NCBI GenBank assembly: GCA_000165425.1
Contig: CT868174.1
Location: forward strand, 124,001-188,000
Direction of reading: 5' to 3'
DNA: 64,000 nt
Origin: Paramecium tetraurelia
Lineage: Eukaryota
The notes beneath the pieces were generated by a model. The model did not search any database. It saw nothing but the letters and a program-made list of their open reading frames with translations, and was not told the origin of the DNA. A program made the position numbers and the translations under genes. This document shows, one piece after another, positions 1 through 12,940 of the stretch; position 1 is the first letter of the stretch, and every line of letters starts with the position of its first letter.

Positions 1-2643
1 TTGGGTTGGTGTACCATTTTAATTAATAAATTATTATAAATTGTCATTTCTTGAAATGGGTAACTTTAGTGAGAGATATCTTAAGAGTTTGCTTAAATAT
101 CTTACTTATATCCTTTAGTTTTCTTGAATTCTTCGATGAACACGTCTTCACCTCCACATTTGGCTGTTTGCTCATAATTCAGTGCAAATCTCCTAGTAAA
201 ATAAGATCACTCATCAATACCTGTAGTAAGTCTACTGTACGAGTTCTTACAATGTTTTATTACAATGTAAGACACATTTGATATGCACATTTAACTGAGC
301 AAACCTTAGTTCTTTGCAACACTGTTCTAGATCCTCGCTTTCGATGTCGATGGTTAAGCCATGTAGATAAGCACAGATGGGATGGAAGGCATGCTTGCAC
401 GGAATGGTTTCTCCGCCAGAACACATAAAACGAAATCCTGAGATTCAATTGATATTTAACCTTTAGAATCTCCGCAAACTGCACATTGGGGAGTACTGGA
501 TTCGTTATCTTTGCAAAATTGCTTGATATCATTCTTTCTATTTCTAACATCATAGGCACCATCTGAGAGAATGACTTAGTTGGTTAAAAGCAAACAAGAA
601 ACGTGATAAAAGGAGCTTCTTATGTACTTTTGTGGCAATCCTAGTTTTTTACAGATTCTACATTTTGCAGCACCTTATAATTATGTATAATATACCTCTT
701 CTGAATTAATACACCTTAGATGACTCATAATAACATCCATCACAAATAACATCATCTTCGTCAAGGGATCCAGTCAAACCATAACAAATCTTATGGAAGG
801 ATGTGGAGCACTTTCCGCAGTAGATGACAGGATTGAAATCTGTGTAATGGTAATCAAAACAGATTTTGCAGTCTGTATCTAAAGGTTGAGTATTTTCCTT
901 AGAGTGGATTTTCTTCTTCTTTTACTAAGCTTTTTGGGAGGATTGGGATGTCAATGTTAATTGGCAAGGAAAGAAGGAGTTTAAGACATCTGCATTTTTG
1001 TCTTTATATCCATTTATGAAGGCTTTGACGATTTGAGACCACCTCAATAAATCAATCAATAGTTGTTATTCGGTGTTCAATATTTTGAAATTGTAATCAG
1101 TGATTTGGGAATTGATTTATTCTCGGAATTGATTGTTTTATTTAACTACAGAGGTGAGTTCTTTATTCAAGATGTGATAGACAATATCGAATTATTGGAT
1201 TGTGTCACTTTCAATGTCTAATTGAGATTCCAATTTAGAATAGACCTCTTTAATTTGCTGTTCTAATTCGAAGCAATCCTAATATTCCTATTTAGTTAAT
1301 TCGCAACCCTCTAAATAAATTAGATCTTTGCCAACTATTTCCTTATCAGAATATGTAGGAATGTCAACTGTTTCTTATAAATATCTATACAATTGTATAT
1401 TGGTCCTCAACAATCCTTTGGGTGTTGCTTTGCCTACATGCTCGGTAAAACTATATCGAATGAAACTAAAAGATTTTTACAATTAGTGTACTAATACTGA
1501 GTTTTTGAACATCTAATTAAAACATTTATGCTTCCTCTACATTGAAATCTCAACTGTATGATAGGCTCTAATAATGATAATGAGTATGAGAGTGAATACC
1601 AATATTCATCTGATCGGCATAATTAAGCAAATCCTCATCCATTCCTTGATTCGACCATTCGAAAGGATTCTGGAATTCTTCAACTTTGGTAATTGGTAGT
1701 TTCTCTTCCCCTTTGAAGTAGATTTCCTCAATTTTTTCCCACCACTTCAGAATGGATTGATCTCTCTTGTTTTCTCTTTCGGTATAGGGGAACTCAGGAT
1801 CTTCAACAATGGGCCTTTGAATTTGGGGATAAATCTTCTGTTTTTCAACCTCCTTCTGCACAATAATGGGCTAGGGGATAGGCTGAAGAATGGGCAGAGG
1901 TTCAACAATAGACTCCTCTTTTTCCAACAAAGGTCCTTGTGTTAGGATTTTGACTTTTTATATCATGAAATCAGTAATCTTGCTTTCAGGTATAACTAGC
2001 AAACTGTCTTTTTTTGGATGAGAGTGATTTTTGGGTTGCGATTTTGATGATTTCGAACTTTAACTATCACTAAATCTGCATTAGCTACTCGATCGACGTC
2101 CTGATTTCTTGTGAGATCTTGATCTTGATCGAGAACGTTTCTTCTTATGCTTTTTTTTGTGTTTCTTCTTCTAAATCTAACCAGGTTCTTATTCCTAATT
2201 TGATAGATGTTCATTAAAAATGGATTCTACACACTCATCCAAATTACTAGTTTTAATTTAATCGAGAGAATGCTCTTAACAATATGCGTCCAGTCTCGGA
2301 TAATAATCCCTTGTATTTGAATTCGCCTTAATTACAGCATTCCTCAAGCACTCCAAATGAAATCTTTTTCTACATTAACTGCATTTCATAATTAAAGTTT
2401 ATACCTGTGTGCACATCTAACCACCTATTGCTTGCTTCTCCTCCCACACACTGAACACTCTTTCCGGTATTCATTGTAATACAATCGCTCATTCGCAGCA
2501 ACTCGATGATTCCAATCAGAACTAAATAACAGCAGACACATCTTGTGTATGTACTTGCAAGACTGTCTTGATCTGAAATGAGGCAGCAATTCATATAAAC
2601 CATCTTATCTTTTCCCGCAAACTACACAATTTTCTTATGGCAT
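1..2643 (-). CDS. PHD/ePHD (PZP-type, BRPF/JADE/AF10-like) zinc-finger chromatin protein; 3' end runs off the window
   Basis: ATG at 2643 (MPQENCVVCGKR). N-terminal ePHD (CRKRFHLECL) and C-terminal PHD-knuckle-ePHD (CKICFDY..CGKCSTSFHKICYG..CDGC; FHPICAYLHGL). Several 22-28 nt GT..AG introns. Confidence 0.8.
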
Positions 2644-2658
2644 TTTTATTTTATTTTC

Positions 2659-3543
2659 ATGAATAATTACTTCCAACAAAAGAAAAGAACTGTCTCTCTC
2701 TCAAACCCAAAATCAACAAAAAAACACAATCCCATACTCGACAACTCGTTTAATGATCGTCGACAACACTTTCTACAAACTCTCGACCCTGCCTTTGCCA
2801 ATTGTATGATTTCTCCTCTCTATTCAAGGCTTACTCAATGGACTTTACCCCACTCCCAAAATACCCAGAGAAACCACCAAACCCATCACACTCTCCAAGT
2901 TGTACTCCTCATTCTATATAGATTTCTATCCAACAATCACAGAATCCAATATATTGTTGATGATTTCTCACAGTCCCATTTGCCTAGAGAATTGTACACT
3001 GAATGTCCCAAAATTAAATTAAGAGATAGAGACCAATCTTTGGAAGGTCCCTAATGGTCCTATGAGAACAGACCCAAGTTGAGGAAAGATCAAGCCAACC
3101 AAGCAAATTCATATAATAAAAGTGTTATAGACGATACCGCTAAAGATATGATCATGGTCTATTTTCCATCCTGGAAAACTCCTTCCAAAGATAAATGGAA
3201 GACTGACAGAGGATTTCTCACTACCGTTAATCCAAAGTCAGCAGAACCTCAATTTTATAGCGATGTTTACATCGAAGGCTTTGAAGCGTTGGGAGACATA
3301 TCAAGAAAAGTTGATAAGGAGGACCTCAACCCAAAAGAATATAGAACCATCATTAAATCGACTCTTGAACCCTTGGCCTCTAATTCAATCAGAAAAGCCA
3401 TGTAAGATAACATTTACAATAAATTATAACAATCAAACTTAAATCCCTCCGATCTCAGTACCAATACTAAATATCCTAAAATTTATAATAAATCTATAAG
3501 GCAATAAATCATCTCTATTGCAAAAAGGTTTAAAGAAGATTGA
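2659..3543 (+). CDS. hypothetical protein
   Basis: ORF open in code 6 from ATG 2659 to TGA 3541-3543, with coding-like GC content and possible 25 and 20 nt introns. No motif recognised. Confidence 0.65.
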
Positions 3544-3899
3544 TTGCCTTTAATGTTTTTAAATTTATTTTCTATTCAATACCTTCCTATTAATTCTATT
3601 CTAAATTTACAGAAAAATTTTTGCTTAGTTAAAACATATTAATTCTTTATATGTTCATTTTATATATTTTAATTTCTTAATAAACATAATTATACTACAC
3701 ACTTTATGCGTTAAATAAAAATTTAATGTTCTAAATTTAAATTTATAATAAAAAATTGCAAGTTCATTTCTATAAAAATGATAAACTTTGAAAAATTGGA
3801 TTTCTTTTTTAAAAATTTGGCTTGGTTATTTAGAAAAAGGTAGTTGAAAATGATGACTATTGTATTGAGTTTTGATGTGTGACAAATTTTTAAACTTTA

Positions 3900-4144
3900 T
3901 AATGACCTATAGGGAAAAAACTCAATGAAAGAATAAAAACAAGACAAAAATTACAATTGAAGACTTTGTTAAAGCTCAATTTAAAAGTTCATAGCCATAA
4001 TTAAGATTTTTAAATGAATTCAACATCTTTTGATATAAATAGAAATAATCAATTACAGTCAATGAAGATTTGCCATTAATTTAATGAATTGAAACCTTTG
4101 CATATTTTAGCACCTCCTTAATTGATTCAGAAGGAAGGAAGATG
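3900..4144 (+). pseudogene. possible gene remnant
   Basis: Coding-like frame (..KLNERIKTRQKLQLK..MNSTSFDINR..APPQLIQKEGR*) is preceded by an in-frame TGA, inside a 1.3 kb gap that is long for this window. Confidence 0.25.
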
Positions 4145-4832
4145 AATTTATTTAAACTTATTAATTATATTAAATAATAAGATAGATTTTTTAAACTTTA
4201 TTACTTAAACTTTTTAATTTTTGAAAATTTTTGATGCTCACATTCTCAATAAATCCTAAATTTTAAAGGAATGACATAATCAATTATTTTATTTATACTT
4301 AATTGGTATTTCTAGCATAATAAGAAAAAAATTTATATATATATATAATTTTAGTTTTTTATTAATAATAATAAAACAGCAAATTACTATTGATCCTTTA
4401 AACATTATGTAAATTTTATGCATTTTAAATTTTCATCCTTGTAAAATCCCCCCTATTTAAAAACCAAGTTTACGAAACCTACTTTTTGATTTTTTGACCT
4501 TTTTTGATTTAAAATTCAAAAATAATTCGTTAACTTTTCAAAATTTTTAACCCTGTATATTTGGAAAAAAATTCAGTTGCATAGTTTTTTTAGTTCTACA
4601 GAATTACGATCTAACCTAAAAAAGACATCAATCCGCAAAGAGCAATTAGGTTAAAATAAGACTGAATGTGCTAAAATAATTTTAATACAAATTACTATAA
4701 AAAATTCATTATTACAATTTTCTTTATGTTAAGCAAATTTAGCATTATTATTTTGTAATCGTTAAAGATTTGGTAAGGATTTTTCAACCAAGTTAGTTTA
4801 CTTTATTGTTTTAATTATATTTTTAAATCAGA

Positions 4833-6121
4833 ATGAATCGAGATATTATTTACACCTGCGATGTAAATAACACAAAAAATAATTTTTCGCGAACTCTCTA
4901 TTTGTATGATAAAAAGATAGTGATCAGCAGCACAAAATAGGATTAGACAACTAATGATGCTGTTCAGGAATAAAGGGGTAGATCTATTGACCTTAGTTCT
5001 TTTTCAACTACGATTAGTTGGATATTTAAGTATTTCACATAATCTAAATTATAGTAAAACAATAATTTAAGGGTTTTAAGTATCGTATTATTGTCGTTTT
5101 TCGAGTGCTTAAAAGTCTTTAACTTACAGAGGCAAGGCAGAAGATATGAAGCAATTAAAGAAATTACTGGATTGTAAAGTGCTGTACACAGACTTCAATA
5201 ATGATTATCTGTTTGTTAGTTCATTGCATTCAAAAGAGGATTCTGAAGTACTATTTTTAGAAGTATAATGATTAGATATAAAAATATGTTCAAAAAGCCA
5301 CAAGTCAAGAAAAATTGGTAAAAAAGGTGAATTTAAAGATGAATTAATAAGTAAGCTTTTAATAATTATTTAAGTCGAAATTGGAAAAGGAGGTTAATAT
5401 ACTTTTTGAATTAAAATAATAAAAACATAAAAGTATTCTTGAAATAGAGGAAATTTATAAAGAATCAAATGAAATCATATTTATAATGAAGTATTGTGAG
5501 GGGGGAACCCTATATAATTACATACTAAATAGAAAATACTAAATTGAATAATCAGAGATAAAATGTATCATGAAGAGGTTATTGAAAGGGGTGAAACACT
5601 TACATAAGTTAGGAATTATTCACAGGGATCTAAAGCTGGATAATATTGTTTTGGAAAAGGAAAATGATATAAAGTCTGTAAAAATCATCGATTTTGGATT
5701 TGCTGTAGAATTTGGTTATTAAAACATAATGAGATGTGGTACTCCTGGGTACATGGCTCCAGAGATTTTAAATTAATAAGATTACAATGAATTAGTTGAT
5801 ATTTATAGTTTAGGAAGTGTGTTTCATGCTTTATCGTCAGGATAAAAGTTGTACCCAGAATATAGAGATAAAAATCATTTAGTTTTCTTGAACAAATTAA
5901 ATAAATATAAAATATCTTCTAAGATTATAGACACTGAATAAAGATAGCTCCTACTTTTGATGATCGGACACAGGAAACATCGACCTTCAGCTTCTTTTTG
6001 TTTAAAGCATTAGTTTTTCAGATAGAGGTCTGAAATTCCTCATCCAATAGAAACCTAACTAAAACTTTTGAACTTTCCAACTCTAAAAAATCCTTTTAGA
6101 AATTAAACTGGAAAGTATTGA
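4833..6121 (+). CDS. CAMK-type Ser/Thr protein kinase with N-terminal PH-like region and atypical G-loop
   Basis: [28 protein letters not shown] and DIYSLG motifs; three tiny introns; TGA at 6119-6121. Confidence 0.9.
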
Positions 6122-6219
6122 CAATTTGAATCGTTAATAACATAATCAAATGATTCATAAATGATTTTCTTAATAATTATATTTTATAACCATAAATTAT
6201 ATGGAATAATCCTGTATTA

Positions 6220-6830
6220 TTCAACAGTAAATTCTTAATCCAAATGGGATTTTTAATAGACCTACTTCAATACACATCTTATTTTGAAACAATTGATTTA
6301 CAGAAAGAGAAAGTTTTATTAAATCTAAATTTAGATCACCCTTTTAGACTTTTTCTGATGTTCCTTTCTTTAATATGGTTAATAGAGATTTTGTCCATTT
6401 AGATTCGGTTTTCACATAATATATATCGTAATCACATGCAAGTGTGATATTTGAGGAACTATCTAGATTCAATCAATTCTGATTCTTATCAAAAACAATT
6501 TCTATTCTGATTTCATATCATTGTTTAATAACAAATTAAGAAATTAATATAATTATCAATTTTTGTTTTAAACTACAAGTAGAATTTAGATTAAAATTTT
6601 CAATTATAAACAATGAACATTTTACATTATTTTACATATATAATTAAACCTTGTGCACTCATAATTATAGAATGAAATATTATCTTTGTTAATTAAAGAC
6701 CAATATCTATCTTTTATTCTACTTCATCAAATCATCTAGTGATGTTACTAGGAATACATCAAACAGTATAGAATAGTAATCATTTATAAATAAAAATTTA
6801 TTTAGAGAAATGAAATATTTGAATATATTG
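6220..6830 (-). pseudogene. possible decayed gene
   Basis: Coding-like stretches (YEIRIEIVFDKNQN*LNLDSSSNITLACDYDIYYVKTESKWTK..) are interrupted by several TGA codons. Confidence 0.3.
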
Positions 6831-6920
6831 GGACTCTACTGTTAGATTATCTATTTTTAGGTTGAAGGATATTTGAAAATATTATTCTAAAATATTATAT
6901 TAATTATATATATATAATTT

Positions 6921-9657
6921 ATGGGATCTAAATTGAGTATTGATAAACATGTTTCAAATTTGGAGGACATTTTGGAACTTAATACAAAATTATTGGAGAA
7001 GATTAAATTCGATAGTAACATTCCTGAAAGCATAACCTAACACTTAAAAGTATATATATTTTCAAAATTATCAGATTTGGAAATTTTAAGAGGAAAAGCA
7101 CCCATTAAAGAAAGTTAGATCTGAACCCATCAATTTAAGTGCCATCTAAACAAGCGGTTTTAATTTTCTTTCAACCGAATGCTATCTCGTATTGTTGATA
7201 TACAAAAAGGCTTAAGAAGGTATAATATTGAATAATTAATATAGAGTACAATCAATTTACAAACTTTCCCCATCAAATGTGGGGCGTCGTTGAATCCTAT
7301 TCTAATTTAACTCCCAGGGGATTAGAAGAACCAGTGGCAGCATCAGAAAGTCATCTTGAATCATTTTTATTACCCCAAAGATAATAAAACCCATCAACAT
7401 CAAATATTTACGAGTACATGATTTTTGTATGGAATGGAAAAACAGCAAATCCCTTAATTAAAGCATCAGCCTTATCAAATGCTTTTGAATTGGAAAACTT
7501 ATTAAATAGAGGAAAGGATCCATTACTTGAAATCCTCTTTAGTGGTGGCATAATTAAAAATAAAAAGTTGTCCAAAGGATCCATCCTGACATTACAAAGT
7601 AGTGCCTAAACTTCATCAACGACCAACATTGAAACAGAAAATTAAGTTAGAGAAACAGTGTATTTGTTTAACTTCCTGTTTCCAATCCCTGAAAAGAAGA
7701 AAGAATTCCTCCAAATTGGCAGATTTTCTAGCAAAAAAATAAAATACATAGGCATATGCTTAATAATTTATTCATGTTGATTTGAAAGATGAACAAATTT
7801 AAAATTCAAAACACCCAACAAAGTTAATTCAAAAACCTAAATTGAATCTCAGAGAATCATTGACTAGTAGAGATGCCTAACCAAAAGATCCATTCAAGGA
7901 ATTAGCATTTCCTAGAAGAAATTCAAATGAAGTTAACAATAAAATACATGAGATTTCAGATGAAGATTCTCCTTCTATGTCTAAAGAAAGCCCAAAACCA
8001 ATATCCAGCCGTTCCAGAGAAAATAACAGGTATGAAGACATAAGTCCATAACAATAACCAGTCACTAATACTAATAATGCATTCTAATTTAATTTACCTG
8101 CGCAAATAAAAAGCAAAGTTCCTGCACTTAATATTCCTAAACTAGATTTGAATTGCAAAACTCATTCCCAAGAAGTCAGCATTGGAGTACCATTGGTAGA
8201 AGGCGTTGAGTGCAATGAAAATGAAAAAGTCAAACCAATGAAATTACCACTAGCAAGTCTGAAATTATAACGAGATGATACGACTTATTAGGATATTGAA
8301 TAAGAGGATTCAAATGGATTCAATTTTGATATCAGAGATACAGATAGGAAAAAGTTAAAAATTTAACATTTTGCAGAGCAATGCTCATCTGTAATTCCTA
8401 ATTTCCTTTATGTTGGAGGTGAATAAATAGCTTATAATAAGGAGGTCTTAAAATAAATTGGAGTCACTCATGTAGTCAATTGTGCTGGAGATGTATGTAA
8501 AAATAAGTTCCCCGATGATTTCTTTTATTAGACTTATTATCTTAAAGATTCAAAGACAGAAAATATTGAATGTATATTCTATGAAGTTATTGCCATCATT
8601 GAAAATGCCAAAAAGAATAATGGAAAAGTGTTGATTCATTGTGTCTAAGGCGTATCAAGATCTGTGTCACTTTGCATAGCTTATTTAATCATATCTTAAT
8701 AAATTACCTATTCTCAAGCATTTGATATTATTAAGAAAAACAGGGGTGTAGCATCCCCTAATATGGGATTTACAGTCTAATTGTTGTTATTTTAAAAGAG
8801 ATTATAAGCTTCGTATGATAGTATACCTATCGCTCCAAGAGTGTTTGCAGTTGGCAGAGGAGGTGAGTGGACCTTAAAGTATTGTATGTAGAATGCTTAT
8901 GGATTAATTATATTCTGGTAAGGTTTTAAGAACATTTGATAGCAGAGGTGTTTTTCTAGTACTTTCAGAACATGATTTGTATTTATGGATTGGTCCAGAA
9001 TGCAACAAATCAGAGAAGTATTTCATATTTTATAAATAGATTCATTCAATATGCCCTTGATTATACTAAATTTTTGAAGTAATTTGAAAAGGCCCCAAAT
9101 ATATAACCTATATTGATGGATGCTGAAAAATGAATTCAGGAGATGTTTTGGGGTTTATGGGGAATCGTTGGTAAACCTGCGATTATTTGTTAAAAAATAA
9201 GAGAATGGGATTAATGGTATGAAGAAGTTGATGAGAAATGAATTTAATAAGGAGAAAGAATTCCAATGTTTAATTGTATAGTTCAGGACAGAGTTGAGGA
9301 AGCTCATGTTGAGAAAAAAGGCATTTTACATCTATCCGAATTCAGATGATTTCCTATTGATGTTTGATTTAGAGGGATCTTGATCAATCTCAATTGTTCA
9401 TCTTAATAAAAGAAATTAATAAATCAGTCCTACAGGTTTTATGTGTGGAGAGGATTAGATTGGGGTAGGAAATGATGATGTAATATCAATTCATTATATT
9501 AGGATGAGTAATATTTTGTTCATGAAATTATAAGCAAAAACTATCAATATATTAGTGAAAGAAACATTTATGTATTCTAAGAGGTAACTATAGAAATTAT
9601 AATAAATACTAGGAACCCAATGATGAAAGTGATGTATTCCTTGACTGCTTTTCATGA
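6921..9657 (+). CDS. dual-specificity phosphatase with gelsolin-like repeats (plant MKP1-like); 3' third frameshifted
   Basis: MGSKLS N-terminus; gelsolin-like YMIFVWNGK; DSP core THVVNCAG..VLIHCVQGVSRS..ASPNMGF; downstream FDSRGVF..LYLWIG. Several +1 indels between 8860 and 9470. Confidence 0.85.
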
Positions 9658-9853
9658 CTTTAATTCAATATTATGCAATTTTTCATTATTTTTTATTTCT
9701 TCTATATTTTCTATAAAATCAATTTTGTAGCATATTTCATTATAAGGATGTAGAAAAATATAAGTGCTATTATATCTTTGTTACTTAAGTTATATTATAT
9801 TAAATAAAAGTTTATTATTGACATGTTATATATTTTCATTATCATAAATATCA

Positions 9854-11830
9854 TCACCATTAACTTATTTCTGCCTACCATTTTTGTATAAATTCATTTT
9901 AACTGCTTATATCCAAGACATTTTATCTATAGATCTCTAATCCTTTATTTGGCTTTACAGTAAAGTAATTTAAATGTTTTAGATATATATCTGATGATAG
10001 ATATTGCAATATAGGTGTACATTGGAATTCTTAAAATAGTAAGTTGTGAAAATCTGGATTAAAATGAGGACTAATAAACAAAAATAGGATGTTCACATGT
10101 GTTTAATTATAATACGAATCATATTAACATTTTTAGAGTAATTTTTCAAAATAAGAGACATTCTTATTTAGTAGTGCACCTAATTCTTTAATATTTATTT
10201 TATCCAATAAATATTTGTATAGGTTTATTAATCCAGTTGGTAATTCATTATTCGATATTAATAATTTGTATAGTTTTAAGAGCACAAATTCAGATTTTAT
10301 TTCAAAATCAATATCATGAAAGCAATCAATATATTATTAAACAACTTCTAATTGATATTCATGCTAACTCAAAAATTAGGAAAGCCCTGTATATAAACTG
10401 GCCTCAAAGACTAATTCTTTTTCATCTTTTAAGTGAAATTCGATTTTGAGTTGTTGTCTGATCAATTCTAAAAGCTAATACTTTTCATTATTTTCTTTTA
10501 TAGATGTTCTTTTATTCGCTTCATTTTTAAATTGTTCTTAAAAGATATTTCTTAGAATATTCAACAAACTCCATTTATGGACTTTTCTTTACTTTCTTGA
10601 AATAATCTGTTTTGCTAGATATCTTATATCAAAGATCAATGAAACGATCTATTTCAGACAGATTACTATATCCTGACCAGAAAAAATGGCCAAATTAAAT
10701 GAATCGAATAGTGGTGCAAGGACAGATTAAAAAGGGACTATTTCATAAATTTAGATATCTTGATTAATTTCTGGTTTCTTGATATCCAATATTAATGGTT
10801 CGTGTATTAATTTGCAACTAAATCTTGATTAATAGAGATAGAATATGGCTATTTTTAAGTTTGAGTTCTTAACTTTTGATAATTCACTAATGATTATATT
10901 ACATTAAGAATCAAGTAGATAGTTGAAATAATAGAATATAATTGAGAGTAGAAAATCTGAAAACTCTTATGAAATGAAGTTAATTTGTTGTAATTCTTGA
11001 AATTATTAAAGCAAAATGATGGATTTAAGTTTGCAATCAATGTTTACAACTGATTGTTGCTCGATTATGTATTTAGAATTGGATTGGGATAGAATATTCC
11101 TAATTCTTAAGAGGTCTAAGGCTTTTGAATAAGGAATATGATGCTACAATTAATTAACCATCTAAGGCAAGTCAACATAGAGATTTTCAACTTCTTTGGT
11201 TTCCTTTAAATTGTAGATTGGATTCCAGCAATTGGGAACGATCTTAGTCCAATATGAATAAAGCAGATCAAATGAAAATAGGGATACTGAAATGTTAGTT
11301 GATTTTCCAACGGAGATTAGGTAATCGCTGAGATTGATGGATTCCAATTGGAGAACATTTTGGGGTTTGATAACTTTTTCAATTTTTTAGAGTGCTACTT
11401 TGACACTACTCATTTCTGGGGATTTGATTAGTTCTTGAATTTAGGATATTGTGATTTAGTCTTCATCAATAAGTTTGCTAAAAATTTCTGTATTTTTGGT
11501 AATGTTTTAGTTAATTTCTAGTTGCATTTGCTTTTATTGTTTAATTTGGTAGATGTCACCAGATTCAAACATTTTGCATAAATTATCTCCCAAGGATTCT
11601 CTGATTTATTTTTGTAATTCCAAGACTTATTCTTGATTCATTTCTTTGATTGCTTTAAGATTTTCTTCTTCGATTTATTAATATTCTTTTTCACTTAAGC
11701 CATGAAATTGGGCACGATTGGGTTGAGGTGGGAGATCAACTTTGAATGTTTAAGGGAAGGAGAGTTGTTCATCTGATTATGGGATGTCCTTTTTTAACTT
11801 CATACGCTGAGCAAAGAGTGATTATTTCAT
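9854..11830 (-). CDS. RPAP1/Rba50-like RNA polymerase II assembly factor
   Basis: MKQSLFAQRMK start; IEEENLKAIKEMNQEQVLELQKQIRESLG resembles the RPAP1_N motif; C-terminal QYDSYYNQTHVNILFLFISP weakly resembles the RPAP1 tail; TGA at 9854. Confidence 0.6.
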
Positions 11831-11848
11831 TAAATTAATATATTGGAT

Positions 11849-12663
11849 ATGAAAAATCTCATGATAAGATATGCAGCTAGCGTTGCTAAGCCAGGATAAT
11901 AATTCCTTGTTTTGTTCGGTGCACCAGGAGTAATAAAGTGAATTAATATGAAATTAGGTTGGTAAAGGAACATTTGCAAAGTTATTGATCAACGATACTA
12001 AATTTAACCACATATCGACAGGAGATGAAATTCGTAAGATTTTGAAAGGCAATACATCCAAATCATTTGATCCAAAATTAATCGCTACAATTAAAGACAT
12101 CGTAGCAAAGGGTGGTCTTGTGTCAGATGAGATTGTGATGAACATCTTGTAAGAAAAGTTAAAGGAGCCAGAGTCTGCAAAGGGAGTAATATTGGATGGA
12201 TTCCCAAGAACATTAAGATAATTGGACTTGTATGAAAAGATTTTACCAACAAATGTGGTTGTTAATGTGACTTTAAGAGGAGATATTTTGCTTGAAAAAT
12301 TAGCTGCGTATTATTTAATAAAAATATGTAAGTCGTCGTACTTGTGTTGGTTGTGGAACAGCTTTCAATGTGTGTGACATCAATAGAGATGGTTATGTTA
12401 TGGAGCCATTAAATCCAAAGAAGGAAGGAATCTGTGATGCTTGTGGTGGTAAATTAGTGGTTAGAGATGATGATAAGAAAGAAGTACATAAATGAATTAA
12501 CGCATAGGTTATTGAATAAAGAATGAAGGAATATGACGAAAAGACTCATCCCTTATTAGATAGATACAGAGCCATGGGTGTGGTTGTTGATTTTGAAGTC
12601 AAGAAAGGAAAGAAAGATTATCCAAGATTATGGGATTTGGTTAAATAAAAATTAAGAATTTGA
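11849..12663 (+). CDS. adenylate kinase with Zn-binding LID
   Basis: P-loop FGAPG|VGKGT split by an intron; GGLVSDEIV; ILDGFPRT; LID with CVGC..CDACGGKLVVRDDD; three introns. Confidence 0.95.
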
Positions 12664-12693
12664 AATAATTATATTTAGTACATCATAATCTAT

Positions 12694-12864
12694 TCAAAAT
12701 CTTATTAGTGTTCTGGTCTATTCTGATTATGGTTGGCTGTCTTACTGTAATCTCCTTTCACTATTGGGTTCAAATTAGCATCATACAAACTACTATTTGT
12801 TACATTTTTGGAACACACACTTATTCCCCTATTAGCGAGGCTACTTTAGTATTGTACAACCAAT
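12694..12864 (-). pseudogene. decayed MGC-type microprotein gene
   Basis: ATT-GGT-TGT (a lost ATG for MGCTILKQ..). Needs two indels to read ..SLYDANLNPIVK[R]RLQQDSQPQSEQTRTLIRF*. Confidence 0.4.
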
Positions 12865-12940
12865 TCTGTGAAATATGCAAATAAATATTTATTAAAATAA
12901 AATAATAGAAAAAGCAATAAACATCTTAGAATTGGTTACT

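Noticed and set aside
1..10. TTGGGTTGG resembling a Paramecium telomeric repeat
   Set aside because: It is a single unit inside the open frame of the PHD gene, not an array.
12700..12880. Possible structured ncRNA (short helices, Sm-like ATTTTTGG)
   Set aside because: No snRNA, SRP, telomerase or snoRNA signature was recognisable; a decayed small ORF explains the region better.
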